Source: an uncultured Melioribacteraceae bacterium (GTDB lineage: Bacteria > Bacteroidota > Ignavibacteria > Ignavibacteriales > SURF-24). Taken from it: 18,645 bases of DNA. The stretch is taken from NCBI GenBank assembly GCA_965365345.1, contig CBDUBH010000072.1, positions 1 through 18,645 on the forward strand, read 5' to 3'. A program made the translations under genes and the position numbers. The notes below the pieces were generated by a model that was not told the DNA's origin, searched no databases, and saw nothing but the letters and a program-made list of their open reading frames with translations. Each line of letters begins with the position of its first letter. Positions within the stretch are counted from its first letter, which is position 1. Shown here one piece after another: positions 1 through 9,449 of this stretch.

Positions 1-73
<73 letters not shown>

Positions 74-129
74 GTAAATTGTTTTCAAAATTAAATAAGT
101 TTTGCTTAATAATCAATATGATTTTAAAA

Positions 130-984
130 CTATTTCAGCTTAAAAACCACCGGAAGCGCCACCCAAACCTGAACATTTTTATTTCGCTGTTTGCCCGGCT
201 TAAATTTGGTTCTGCTTATTGCTCTTTCAGCAGCTTCATCACAGCCGGCGCCAATGCTTTTTAAAACATTAGTTTTGATTACGTTTCCCTCTTCATTTAC
301 CAAAGCATTTACAACAACGGTACCTTCTACTCCGGCTCTTTTTGCAAGTTCAGGATAAATTAATTTTGAATGAATTTCAGCCATTCCGCCTATAGGTTCG
401 GGCTGTTCCTCTAACGCTAAAAATATATTTTCTTCTTCCTCATCCAGAATTTTATCATTCTTTGGAGGAACAACTTCATTCCTTTTCGATCTGGAAGATC
501 TTTGCGCGCTTACTTGCCTATTATAAGCTTCCAATTCTTTTTGATATTTTTCCAATTCAATTTGATATTTTTCATCCGCGGTCAAAACTTTCGGTACCGG
601 AAGAGTTGCATCAAATCTGAAATGCTTGGTTTCTTTTAAAATTCCGTCTTCAAAAACATAAAGAGTTTTTAGTCCGCCGTTATTGTAAAATTCTTTCGAG
701 ATTCCGTCTTTTTTTCCGTCAACTATCGTATATTCCTCTTTCGGCGCACCGTTTTCGTAAAAAGTTTTGTAAGTTCCGTGAAGTTTTCCAAGCATGTAAT
801 TTTTTTCTTCTTTCAAAACTCCGTTATCATAATAGCTTCGTGAAATTCCATCGAGAACATCTTTGACGTAAAAATTTTCTTCGGCAACAATTCCGTTCGG
901 ATGATAAGAATTTACTAATCCGTTTTGAGCAAAAATTACTGAAGCATTTATCAGAATAAAAATTATATATATAAAAAATTTCAT
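130..984 (-). CDS. Secreted or anchored protein with N-terminal MORN/YwqK-type repeats and a C-terminal TonB energy-transducer domain
   Basis: 284-aa ORF. The N-terminus is hydrophobic (MKFFIYIIFILINASVIFAQ). It has repeated NGxxKxExxYxxGKxxGxxKxFYENG units of MORN/YwqK type, then a charged coiled linker, then a C-terminal segment PEPIGGMAEIHSKLIYPELAKRAGVEGTVVV...VWVALPVVFKL typical of the TonB C-terminal domain. Confidence 0.75.
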   Translation of the reverse strand: MKFFIYIIFILINASVIFAQNGLVNSYHPNGIVAEENFYVKDVLDGISRSYYDNGVLKEEKNYMLGKLHGTYKTFYENGAPKEEYTIVDGKKDGISKEFYNNGGLKTLYVFEDGILKETKHFRFDATLPVPKVLTADEKYQIELEKYQKELEAYNRQVSAQRSSRSKRNEVVPPKNDKILDEEEENIFLALEEQPEPIGGMAEIHSKLIYPELAKRAGVEGTVVVNALVNEEGNVIKTNVLKSIGAGCDEAAERAISRTKFKPGKQRNKNVQVWVALPVVFKLK

Positions 985-1154
985 TTATAACCGTTTAAAA
1001 TTACTTTGGCAAAAATAATAAAAAGAATATTTAAAATTAGGTAAAAAAATTTCTAAATGATTAATTTTAAACAAACTCCGGTAAAAATTGATTCATTTGA
1101 ATTTTATCCGGAGAAATTTTTCTTTTTACAATTTGATTGTAGAATAAGTTGCAA

Positions 1155-1178
1155 TAAAAAAGGCTGCCGGAGCAGCCC
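1155..1178 (-). terminator. Rho-independent terminator for the DHOD-like gene. The hairpin also reads on the plus strand.
   Basis: GGCTGC-cgga-GCAGCC hairpin at 1162-1177. On the minus strand it is followed directly by TTTTTT (plus-strand A-run 1155-1160). It lies 10 nt past the stop at 1188. Confidence 0.7.
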
Positions 1179-1187
1179 TTAATTTTT

Positions 1188-2186
1188 TTAGATGATTTGC
1201 TTGTAACTTTGAAGTGTTTTCATATAGTTAGCGCGTTCAAAAGCTGCAGGTTCCAAAACTGATTTTTGGCTCATGCTGCCTTTCATTTGTGTAACTGATT
1301 CGTATTCTTTTTCTTCCATCCATCTTGTTATTCCTTCAAGCATTTGGGTAATTCTTGAAGTTCCGTGACGTAATAATTCAGAGCAAACCATTGCAACATC
1401 GCCGCCGGCCATCATAACTTTTAATACATCTTCAAAATCATGAACACCGCTAGTAGCAGCCATATTGGCTTTAATTCTACCGTATAAAATAGAGATCCAT
1501 CTTAAAGGTAATCTTAATTCCCATTTTGAACTAAGTTCAAGATTAGGAACAACTTCTAATTCTTCAAGATTGAAATCAGGCTGATAAAATCTGTTGAACA
1601 TTACCAAAGCATCAGCTCCGTTTTCATCAAGTTTTTTTGCCATATTAGCCATTGATGAAAAATACGGACTCATTTTTACCGCAACCGGAATTTTGACATT
1701 TTCTTTTACGGCTTTTAAATTGTTAACATAAATTTGTTCAACTTGTGAACCGGGCAAATTTACATCAGTGGGGATATAGTAAACGTTCAATTCCAATGCA
1801 TCTGCGCCTGCTTCTTCAATTTCTTTTGCATAGCGCATCCATCCGCCAACGCTTACTCCGTTCAAACTTCCGATTATAGGAATATCAACTGCTCTTTTCA
1901 ATTTTGAAATGTGTTCAAGATATTCAACCGGACCTTTTCTGTAATCGGTGATTTCCGGAAAATATGATAAAGCTTCGGCATATCTTTCACCTGATTGAAT
2001 TAAATAATAATCCAGAACATTTTCTTCGTGAGTAATTTGTTCTTCAAATAAAGAATAAACCACTACGGCAGCTGCGCCGGCATCTTCCATTTGTTTTACT
2101 GAATCAACGCTTTCAGATAAAGGCGAAGCAGATGGAACGATCGGATTTTTTAATTCCAAACCCATGTATGTTGTTTTTAAATCCAT
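1188..2186 (-). CDS. Dihydroorotate dehydrogenase-like (PyrD-family TIM-barrel flavoprotein) protein
   Basis: The ORF is 1188-2192; the first track codon is TTG, and the likely start is ATG at 2186 ([28 protein letters not shown]...). The N-terminal LKNPI/ASPL motifs and overall length fit DHOD class-1-like proteins of the PyrD family. A weak AAGG lies upstream. Confidence 0.7.
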   Translation of the reverse strand: MDLKTTYMGLELKNPIVPSASPLSESVDSVKQMEDAGAAAVVVYSLFEEQITHEENVLDYYLIQSGERYAEALSYFPEITDYRKGPVEYLEHISKLKRAVDIPIIGSLNGVSVGGWMRYAKEIEEAGADALELNVYYIPTDVNLPGSQVEQIYVNNLKAVKENVKIPVAVKMSPYFSSMANMAKKLDENGADALVMFNRFYQPDFNLEELEVVPNLELSSKWELRLPLRWISILYGRIKANMAATSGVHDFEDVLKVMMAGGDVAMVCSELLRHGTSRITQMLEGITRWMEEKEYESVTQMKGSMSQKSVLEPAAFERANYMKTLQSYKQII

Positions 2187-2217
2187 ATTCAAAACCTTAT
2201 TTTGATTTTTGAAAAAT

Positions 2218-2239
2218 GTGCCCTTTTTCTAAAGGGCAC
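2218..2239 (-). terminator. Intrinsic terminator downstream of nifJ
   Basis: GTGCCCTTT-ttct-AAAGGGCAC hairpin, 9-bp stem. On the minus strand it is followed by ATTTTTC. It lies 10 nt past the nifJ stop at 2250 and just upstream of the DHOD-like start. Confidence 0.65.
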
Positions 2240-2249
2240 ATAAAATTAT

Positions 2250-5200
2250 TTAATTTTCAGAAGGTTTTACATCTTCTTGCTTATCATCTTTTTTAGGATC
2301 GAACGAAGCCATATATTCATAATAATGCCATTTTTTCTCAACTTCTTTTTGAGCCAAATCAAGCAAATATTTTGATGCTTCGGGATTTGATTTTTCCAAC
2401 ATCTTATATCTTGTTTCTTTTAAAGCGTAATCCTTAACTGCAATTTTAGGAGCTTTTGAATCAAGTTTTAAAGGATTTTTTCCTTCTAAAGCTAATAAAG
2501 GATTATATCTAAATAATGGCCAGTGTCCGGATTCAACTGCAAGTTTTTGGCTTTCCAATCCTTTTGACATATCGATACCGTGTGCAATACAGTGACTGTA
2601 AGCAATAATTATTGAAGGACCGTCATAAGCTTCAGCTTCCAAAATTGCTTTTAGTGTATGAACATCATTTGAGCCCATTGCAATCTTAGCAACATAAACA
2701 TTTCCGTAACTCATTGCCATCATCGCAAGATCCTTTTTACCTGTCGGTTTTCCGCCTGCGGCAAATTTGGCAACCGCTCCGTATGAAGTTGATTTTGACA
2801 TCTGTCCGCCGGTATTTGAGTAAACTTCAGTATCAAGAACTAAAATGTTTACATTTTTGCCGGTAGCAAGAACATGATCCAATCCACCAAAACCGATATC
2901 GTAAGCCCATCCGTCACCACCCATAATCCAAACTGATTTTTTAACTAAATAATCAGCTAGTGAAATTAATTGAGTAGCTTCAGATGAATTATTTCCTTTA
3001 AGGATATCTTTTAATTTTTCAACTCTTTCTCTTTGCTCGTAAATTCCGGCTTCATCTTTTTGATCGGCATTCAAAATTGCATCAGCTAATTCAACACCGA
3101 CAACATCTGTTAATCTTGTTAATAATTCTTTAGCATATTCATTATGTTTATCAACAGCCAATCTCATTCCTAAACCGAATTCAGCATTATCTTCGAACAA
3201 TGAATTTGACCAAGCCGGTCCTTTTCCTTCTTTAGTTACTGCCCAAGGAGTTGTCGGCAAGTTACCGCCGTAGATTGACGAACATCCTGTTGCGTTTGCT
3301 ACAACCATTCTATCACCAAATAGTTGCGAAACAAGTTTTACGTAAGGAGTTTCACCGCAACCTGTACAAGCACCGCTGAACTCAAATAAAGGCTGTAATA
3401 ACTGACTTCCTTTAATTGTAGAAACTGATGCTTCACGTCTGTCAAATTCAGGTATGTTCAAGAAGAAATCCCAGTTTTCTTTTTCTCTTTCTTTTACCAT
3501 TAATTGCGGAACCATGTTCAAAGCTTTTTTCTTAACTTCGGTTTTATTTTTAACCGGACATACTTCAAAGCAAAGTTCGCAGCCGGTACAATCTTCAACT
3601 GCTACTTGAATTGTGTAAGCCATGTTTTCGCCGAATTCTTTTCCTTTTGCTTTCATATATTTGAAAGTTGAAGGCGCATCTTTCAAAAGATCCATCGGAT
3701 AAACTTTGCTTCTGATAGTTGCGTGAGGACAAACCATAGCGCACTTTCCGCATTGGATACAAATTTCATTATCCCATTCAGGAACTTCCAAAGCGATATT
3801 TCTTTTTTCCCATTGTGCAGTAGCAGTAGGGAATGTTCCATCAACCGGCATTTGGCTAACGGAAACTTCATCGCCTTTTCCTTCTAAAATTTTTCCAAGA
3901 ACTTCTTTTACATAATCAGGAGCTTTATCCGAAACAACCGGAGGAAGTTCAATTGAGCTTGTAACTTTTTCCGGAACTTCAATTTTATGCAAGTGAGCCA
4001 AAGTTTCATCAACGGCTTCAAAATTCTTTCTTACGATTTCTTCGCCTTTTGCGCCGTAGGTTTTTTTGATAGCTTTTTTGATTTGTTCAATTGCTTCATC
4101 TTTCGGAAGAACGCCTGAAATTGCGAAGAAGCAAGTTTGCATTATCGTATTTATTCTTGTTCCCATTCCGGTATGTTTTGCAACTTCATAACCATCAATT
4201 ACATAGAAATTTAAATTCTTGTTGATTATTTGTTGCTGGAATGTTTTTGGTAATTTTTCCCAAATTTCTTCTTTTGAATATGGACTGTTAAGAAGAATTG
4301 TTCCGCCTTCAAGAATATTGTTTAGAATATCAAATTTTTCAATGAAATTAAATTGATGAATTCCGATAAAATTTGCTTTCTTTATCAAATAAGTTGATTT
4401 GATCGGTTTTTTACCAAATCTTAAGTGAGATACGGTTGTTGATCCTGATTTTTTTGAATCGTAAACAAAATATCCCTGAGCGTAATTTTCGGTTTCTTCA
4501 CCAATGATTTTAATGGTATTTTTATTTGCACCAACCGTACCATCAGCGCCTAATCCGTAGAATAATGCGCGGAATACTTCACTTCCTTCAGTGGTAAAGT
4601 TTTCATCAAATTCCAAACTGGTATTTGTAACATCATCTTTAATACCGATTGTAAAATGATTTTTCGGTGCATCTTTTTTAAGTTCATCGTAAACTGCTTT
4701 GATCATTGCCGGAGTAAATTCTTTTGAAGAAAGTCCGTATCTTCCGCCAACAATTTTAGGCATTTTTGTAAAAGGTGCATTTTCACTTGCCATCATTTCA
4801 CTTATTGCGGAAACAACATCAAGATATAAAGGTTCGCCTAAAGCACCGGGTTCTTTTGTTCTATCTAAAACAGCAATCTTTTCAACTGATTTAGGTAAAG
4901 CTTCAATAAAATGTTTTACCGAAAAAGGTCTGAACAATCTGATTTTCAAAACACCTACTTTTTCTTCAGCTTTTGAAGTTAAATAATCAACTGTTTCTTC
5001 AACCGCTTCAGCGCCTGAACCCATGATAACAATTACTCTTGTTGCATCCGGAGCGCCGTAATAATCGAATAAATTATATTTTCTTCCTGTAAGTTCTCCT
5101 AGTTTGTTCATTGCATTTTGAACAATTTCAGGACAAGCATCATAAAATTTGTTTACAGTTTCTCTTCCCTGGAAATAGACATCAGGATTTTGTGCAGTTC

Positions 5201-5849
5201 CTCTTAATACGGGTGCATCAGGAGTTAAAGCACGTTTTCTGTGTTGAAGAACATATTGATCATCAACCATTGCTTTTAAATCTTCCACTGCAAGCTGTTC
5301 AATTTTCATTACTTCGTGTGAAGTTCTGAATCCGTCAAAAAAGTGGACAAAAGGAATTCTTGATTCCAAAGTTGCTTTTTGACTAATAAGAGCAAAATCC
5401 ATAACTTCTTGAACTGAGTTAGAGCAAAGCATTGCAAATCCGGTTTGGCGGGTTGCCATAACATCACTATGATCACCAAAGATTGACAAAGCTTGCGCAG
5501 CAATTGAACGGGCTGTAACATGAAAAACTGTCGGAGTTAATTCACCGGCAATTTTGTACATGTTCGGGATCATTAACAACAATCCTTGCGATGCCGTAAA
5601 AGTTGTTGTTAAAGCACCATTTTGAAGCGCACCGTGAACGGCACCTGCGGCACCACCTTCACTTTGCATTTCTGTAACGGAAGGGATAGTTCCCCATATA
5701 TTTTTGTTGCCTTTAGCAGACCACTCATCAGAATGTTCACCCATGGGTGAAGATGGAGTAATCGGATAAATTGCAATAACCTCATTGACTTGATGCGCTA
5801 CGTACGCCGCTGCTTCATTTCCGTCAATTGTTACTTTTTGTCTTTCCAT
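2250..5849 (-). CDS. nifJ: Pyruvate:ferredoxin (flavodoxin) oxidoreductase, single-chain PFOR
   Basis: 1199 aa. N-terminus VTIDGNEAAAYVAHQVNEVIAIYPITPSS. Two 4Fe-4S ferredoxin motifs (CIQCGKCAMVCP, CTGCELCFEVCP). TPP-binding GGDGWAYDIGFGGLDH. The length is typical of NifJ/YdbK. GGAG lies 10 nt upstream of the ATG. Confidence 0.95.
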   Translation of the reverse strand: MERQKVTIDGNEAAAYVAHQVNEVIAIYPITPSSPMGEHSDEWSAKGNKNIWGTIPSVTEMQSEGGAAGAVHGALQNGALTTTFTASQGLLLMIPNMYKIAGELTPTVFHVTARSIAAQALSIFGDHSDVMATRQTGFAMLCSNSVQEVMDFALISQKATLESRIPFVHFFDGFRTSHEVMKIEQLAVEDLKAMVDDQYVLQHRKRALTPDAPVLRGTAQNPDVYFQGRETVNKFYDACPEIVQNAMNKLGELTGRKYNLFDYYGAPDATRVIVIMGSGAEAVEETVDYLTSKAEEKVGVLKIRLFRPFSVKHFIEALPKSVEKIAVLDRTKEPGALGEPLYLDVVSAISEMMASENAPFTKMPKIVGGRYGLSSKEFTPAMIKAVYDELKKDAPKNHFTIGIKDDVTNTSLEFDENFTTEGSEVFRALFYGLGADGTVGANKNTIKIIGEETENYAQGYFVYDSKKSGSTTVSHLRFGKKPIKSTYLIKKANFIGIHQFNFIEKFDILNNILEGGTILLNSPYSKEEIWEKLPKTFQQQIINKNLNFYVIDGYEVAKHTGMGTRINTIMQTCFFAISGVLPKDEAIEQIKKAIKKTYGAKGEEIVRKNFEAVDETLAHLHKIEVPEKVTSSIELPPVVSDKAPDYVKEVLGKILEGKGDEVSVSQMPVDGTFPTATAQWEKRNIALEVPEWDNEICIQCGKCAMVCPHATIRSKVYPMDLLKDAPSTFKYMKAKGKEFGENMAYTIQVAVEDCTGCELCFEVCPVKNKTEVKKKALNMVPQLMVKEREKENWDFFLNIPEFDRREASVSTIKGSQLLQPLFEFSGACTGCGETPYVKLVSQLFGDRMVVANATGCSSIYGGNLPTTPWAVTKEGKGPAWSNSLFEDNAEFGLGMRLAVDKHNEYAKELLTRLTDVVGVELADAILNADQKDEAGIYEQRERVEKLKDILKGNNSSEATQLISLADYLVKKSVWIMGGDGWAYDIGFGGLDHVLATGKNVNILVLDTEVYSNTGGQMSKSTSYGAVAKFAAGGKPTGKKDLAMMAMSYGNVYVAKIAMGSNDVHTLKAILEAEAYDGPSIIIAYSHCIAHGIDMSKGLESQKLAVESGHWPLFRYNPLLALEGKNPLKLDSKAPKIAVKDYALKETRYKMLEKSNPEASKYLLDLAQKEVEKKWHYYEYMASFDPKKDDKQEDVKPSEN

Positions 5850-6301
5850 TAATTGAACTCCGATTTATTAAATTTAACAAAATTAAACTTTGTATCTTAT
5901 TTTATAAGCTAAAACAATTTTTGGGCCAGTATAAATAAAAATTATTATTCAACTCACAAAAGTAAAAAAATTATATGAAATTAACAGATATTTTTATCTT
6001 TTTAATGAAAAATCTTGTTTTCAATTTAATATTTTAAATAATACAAGATGTCATTTTTCTTGAATTTTAATTTTCGATTCTAAAATTTGAGAATTGAAAT
6101 TCCTGCCAAATTAAAATTGTCTGGGATTTCCAGATTTTTACTTCCCCATAATTTTTTCCAATTCAAAACGATTCTGAGGAATACTAATTCTTTTATGTAA
6201 GGATTTCTCAAGTAAGACTTCATTTGTTGCGGAAATTATTTAAAGATTTTTTTTGTCGAAAATATATTTCGAAATCGTAAAATTCTAAAGTGTTGTGATT
6301 T

Positions 6302-7909
6302 CTAATTCGAATTTATAGTAAGAAGTGAAGTACGCAAAACCCCCAGCGCCCTTTGACTTAAAAGATCAATTTTTATTAATCCCAGATCTTCAATTGAATA
6401 CATATCCGGCTGAGTTACAATGATTCCCAATCCTTTATTTTTTGCAAATTCCAGCGAAACCCAATTTGTAAGCGGCTCGGCAGAAATTACAATGCCGCTC
6501 GGATGAATACTTATATATCTTGGAAAATCAGCTAATCGTGCCGCATATTTTACAATTGTTTTCCAGGGCTCTTTTTCAAAATCCAAAGATTTCGTTTCAG
6601 GAAAAATTTTATGAATATCAATAAGATTTTTCGCGCTCGTCCATGGAATAAATCTGCTGTACTTTGAAATTTCATCATTCGAAAATCCGAATGCTTTTGC
6701 AACTTCACGAAAAGCCGAGCGCGCCCTGAAAGTTACAGTTGTTGAGATCATTGCGACTTTATCATAACCGAATTTCTCAAAAACATATTTTACAATTTCA
6801 TCGCGCTCTTTCCACGAAAAATCCAGATCAATATCCGGCGGAGAAAGTCTGCCTCGATTTAAAAATCTTTCAAAGTACAGATCATTTTCAATCGGGTCGA
6901 CTTGAGTAAATTCCAAACAAAACGCAATAAGGCTGTTTGCAGCAGAGCCGCGCCCGATTAACATCATTCCCCTTCTTTTTGCTTCGCGGACAATATCGGC
7001 AACGATCAAAAAATATTCGGTAAAATTTAATTCGTTAATTACATCAAGTTCGTATTGAAGCCGCTTTACGACTTTTTCAGTAATCGGCTGATATCTTTTT
7101 GAAAGTCCTTCAAAGCAAATTTTCCAAAGAAACGAAAATGGAGTTTCTTCTTTCGGTAAAGTTATATGCGGAAATTTATATTTTCCTATTTCCAAATTCA
7201 CATTGCAGTTTTGAACAATAAAATCAATACTTTGCAGAGCTTCCGGCAAATTTTTCCAGGTATTTTGGAATTCCGGAATTGAAGGAAGAAAAAATTCTTC
7301 ATCAACAATTTCATCATCATTTAAATTTTCTATTGATTTGTTTAATCTGATTGCCGTTACGATTTTGTGAAGAATGAAATCTTCTTTGTTCAAAAAATAT
7401 GCGGGATGCGAAGCAACAATTTGAAAATTATTTTCCTTTGCAAATTCATAAACTTTGCGTGTATGATTTTTTTGCTTTTTGGTAACAATAAGTCCGGCAA
7501 AAATATTTCCGCGCCGGTTATGAAATTTTACTCTCTCTAAAATTTCAATTGAATTAGTAATGATGAAAAGATTTTCAATATCGCGCTCAAAAATTTCAAA
7601 GATCGAAAAATCCTGTTTTAATTTACGCGCGGTAATTATTTTGCAAAGAAGCGAATATCCTTCGTTATTTTTTGCAAAGATCTGAATACTTAAATTTTGA
7701 TTTTGCGGATCATCAATTTCAGCGCCTAAAACCGGCTTCAAATTATTTTCGTTCGCTTTTTTTGCAAATTGAATTAAGCCATACATTCCGTTCAAATCCG
7801 TTAACGAAGCAAAATTTAAATTATTGTTTTTTGCATGCGTAATTATTTCATCAATTGTTATTGTTGATTTTAACAGCGTATAATTTGAATGTGTATGAAG
7901 ACTGAACAT
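6302..7909 (-). pseudogene. dnaE2: Error-prone DNA polymerase III alpha (DnaE2/ImuC) N-terminal fragment. It has PHP and palm domains only and is truncated after about 535 aa.
   Basis: The ATG at 7909 (MFSLHTHSNYTLLKS...) is preceded by GGGAG. It has the PHP-domain His motif. The palm motifs are RGSAANSLIAFCLEFTQVDP and PDIDLDFSWKERDEIVKYVFEKFGYDKVAMIST. It ends ...GLIKIDLLSQRALGVLRT and then reaches a TAG stop at 6302. This is where full-length DnaE proteins have the GLLKMDFLGL motif, with about 500 more residues to follow. No ORF continues in any frame in 5850-6301. Confidence 0.75.
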
Positions 7910-7910
7910 T

Positions 7911-9053
7911 TTACACACTCCCGATTTTTACAGAATCAAATCCGAATTTTGCGCGAAGTTCATCAACCGCGCCGAGCATTCTTTTTCTTTTTTCGTCTTC
8001 GGTCTCAAATAAAAATTGCTGCTCTGCCGCGTGCGAAAATTTGCTTAAATGAATTCCGATAAGTCTTACCGCAATTCTTCTTGAGTAAGCTTTCTGCAAA
8101 AGTTGTACGGCGGTTTCGTAAATTATTTTATCATCATTTGTCGGCAGAATTGTTTTTGCGCGCGTAATTGTTGTAAAATCCGAATAGCGAAGTTTGATCG
8201 AAATTGTTGCTGCCTGCCAATTATGGTCACGCAAAATTTGACTTACTTCGCCGGTAAGTTCAAAAATCGTATCTTGAATTAATTTCAAACTTATTACATC
8301 ATTTTTGAAAGTGTGTTCTTTCGAAACGCTTTTTTGCTCGTGGAAAGCAGTTAAAAATTCGGGTCCTTTTCCGTTCGCTTTTTCCCAAAGATCAATTCCG
8401 TTTTGTCCGAGCGCAGCGGAAAAATAGTTCAACGGAAATTTTGCGATATCGCCGATCAAATAAAATCCTTTATCATGCAGAGTTTTAAGCGTAACTTTTC
8501 CAACGCCGGGAATTGTTTCAACCGGCATTCTGCGCAAAAATTCTTTTTCCATACCGGGATAAATAAAAGTAATTCCTTGCGGTTTCATGCAATCCGAAGC
8601 AATTTTTGCAACGGTTTTATTTCCGGCAATTCCGATTGAGCAAGGAAGATTTAATTTATGTTGAATTTCTTTTTGAATTAACGAAGCGAGCTCTGTGTAA
8701 GATTTATAAATATGTTTGCAGCCGGAAAAATCCATATAAAATTCATCGATTGATGCCTGCTCAATTTGAGGCGCAAATTTTTGAAGTATATTTTTTACTG
8801 CTTCCGAATAATTTTCATATTCGTGGAAATGCCCGTGAAGATAAATTCCGTGCGGACAAAGTTTATATGCTTGTCTTATCGGCATTGCCGAGTGGAGTCC
8901 GAATTTACGGGCTTCGTAAGAACAAGCGGCAACAACTCCTCTACCATTCGGATCGGCTCCGACAATTACCGGTTTTCCTTTTAATGAAGGATTTAAAATT
9001 CTTTCAACCGATACAAAAAAAGCATCCAGATCAAGATGAAATATCGTGCGCAT
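7911..9053 (-). CDS. Y-family DNA polymerase (ImuB/DinB-like), translationally coupled to dnaE2
   Basis: 380 aa. MRTIFHLDLDAFFVSVE parallels DinB MRKIIHVDMDCFFAAVE. SIDEFYMDF parallels DinB SLDEAYLD, with the acidic residues kept. The little-finger region is present. The stop at 7911-7913 lies 1 nt before the dnaE2 ATG. Confidence 0.85.
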   Translation of the reverse strand: MRTIFHLDLDAFFVSVERILNPSLKGKPVIVGADPNGRGVVAACSYEARKFGLHSAMPIRQAYKLCPHGIYLHGHFHEYENYSEAVKNILQKFAPQIEQASIDEFYMDFSGCKHIYKSYTELASLIQKEIQHKLNLPCSIGIAGNKTVAKIASDCMKPQGITFIYPGMEKEFLRRMPVETIPGVGKVTLKTLHDKGFYLIGDIAKFPLNYFSAALGQNGIDLWEKANGKGPEFLTAFHEQKSVSKEHTFKNDVISLKLIQDTIFELTGEVSQILRDHNWQAATISIKLRYSDFTTITRAKTILPTNDDKIIYETAVQLLQKAYSRRIAVRLIGIHLSKFSHAAEQQFLFETEDEKRKRMLGAVDELRAKFGFDSVKIGSV

Positions 9054-9418
9054 TTGTTCACTATTTTTATATATTCAATATAAACAGGAAAAAATTTTGT
9101 TGCAATATTGATTATTAAGATTTGAAGGAAATTAAAGGACTAGAAAGATGAAAAGATTAGAAAGATTTAGAGATTTGAAAAATTCAAAGCTGTGATAATA
9201 AATAACTATCAATTTATAAATTTATAGCATGCAAAATTTTTATTTGAATTTTGAGAAAGTAAATATATTTTACGAGTCTACTTTTTAAGTTTTGAAAATT
9301 ATTTTTTATGAAATCTGAAAAAAGATTCCAGCCAAGCCGGAATGACGAGAGATAAATTTATCTGTCTTTGATTACATATCGAAAAAATTACTTTAAATCG
9401 AAAACAAAATTTTACAAT

Positions 9419-9449
9419 AAAAAAACCCGGTTTTTCAACCGGGCTTTTT
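9419..9449 (-). terminator. Bidirectional intrinsic terminator downstream of the W/Y-rich protein gene
   Basis: An A7 run, then CCCGGTT-tttc-AACCGGG, then CTTTTT. On the minus strand the hairpin is followed by T7. It lies about 35 nt past the stop at 9484. Confidence 0.7.

Noticed and set aside
79-264. 61-aa plus-strand ORF
   Set aside because: It lies antisense within the well-supported TonB-C domain gene. It is low complexity and has no SD.
3683-5521. Several short ORFs on both strands (3683-3871, 4699-4986, 5111-5329, 5309-5521)
   Set aside because: All are embedded within or antisense to the 1199-aa nifJ ORF, whose conserved PFOR motifs run uninterrupted. They are spurious.
5975-6037. 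20-aa hydrophobic mini-ORF (MKLTDIFIFLMKNLVFNLIF) in the nifJ/dnaE2 spacer that could be a type-I-toxin-like peptide
   Set aside because: It has no SD and is AT-rich Phe/Ile/Leu codon noise expected by chance. It is mentioned only as a target if RNA-seq shows a transcript.
6121-6140. TCTGG-gattt-CCAGA hairpin plus T5 in the nifJ/dnaE2 spacer as a possible plus-strand terminator or sRNA end
   Set aside because: The stem is only 5 bp and there is no plus-strand gene upstream to terminate. It is too weak to call.
8403-9118. Plus-strand ORFs of 78, 170 and 72 aa overlapping the Y-family polymerase gene
   Set aside because: They are antisense to a gene with clear DinB/ImuB motifs. The 170-aa ORF merely runs out into AT-rich spacer. 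There are no recognisable motifs.
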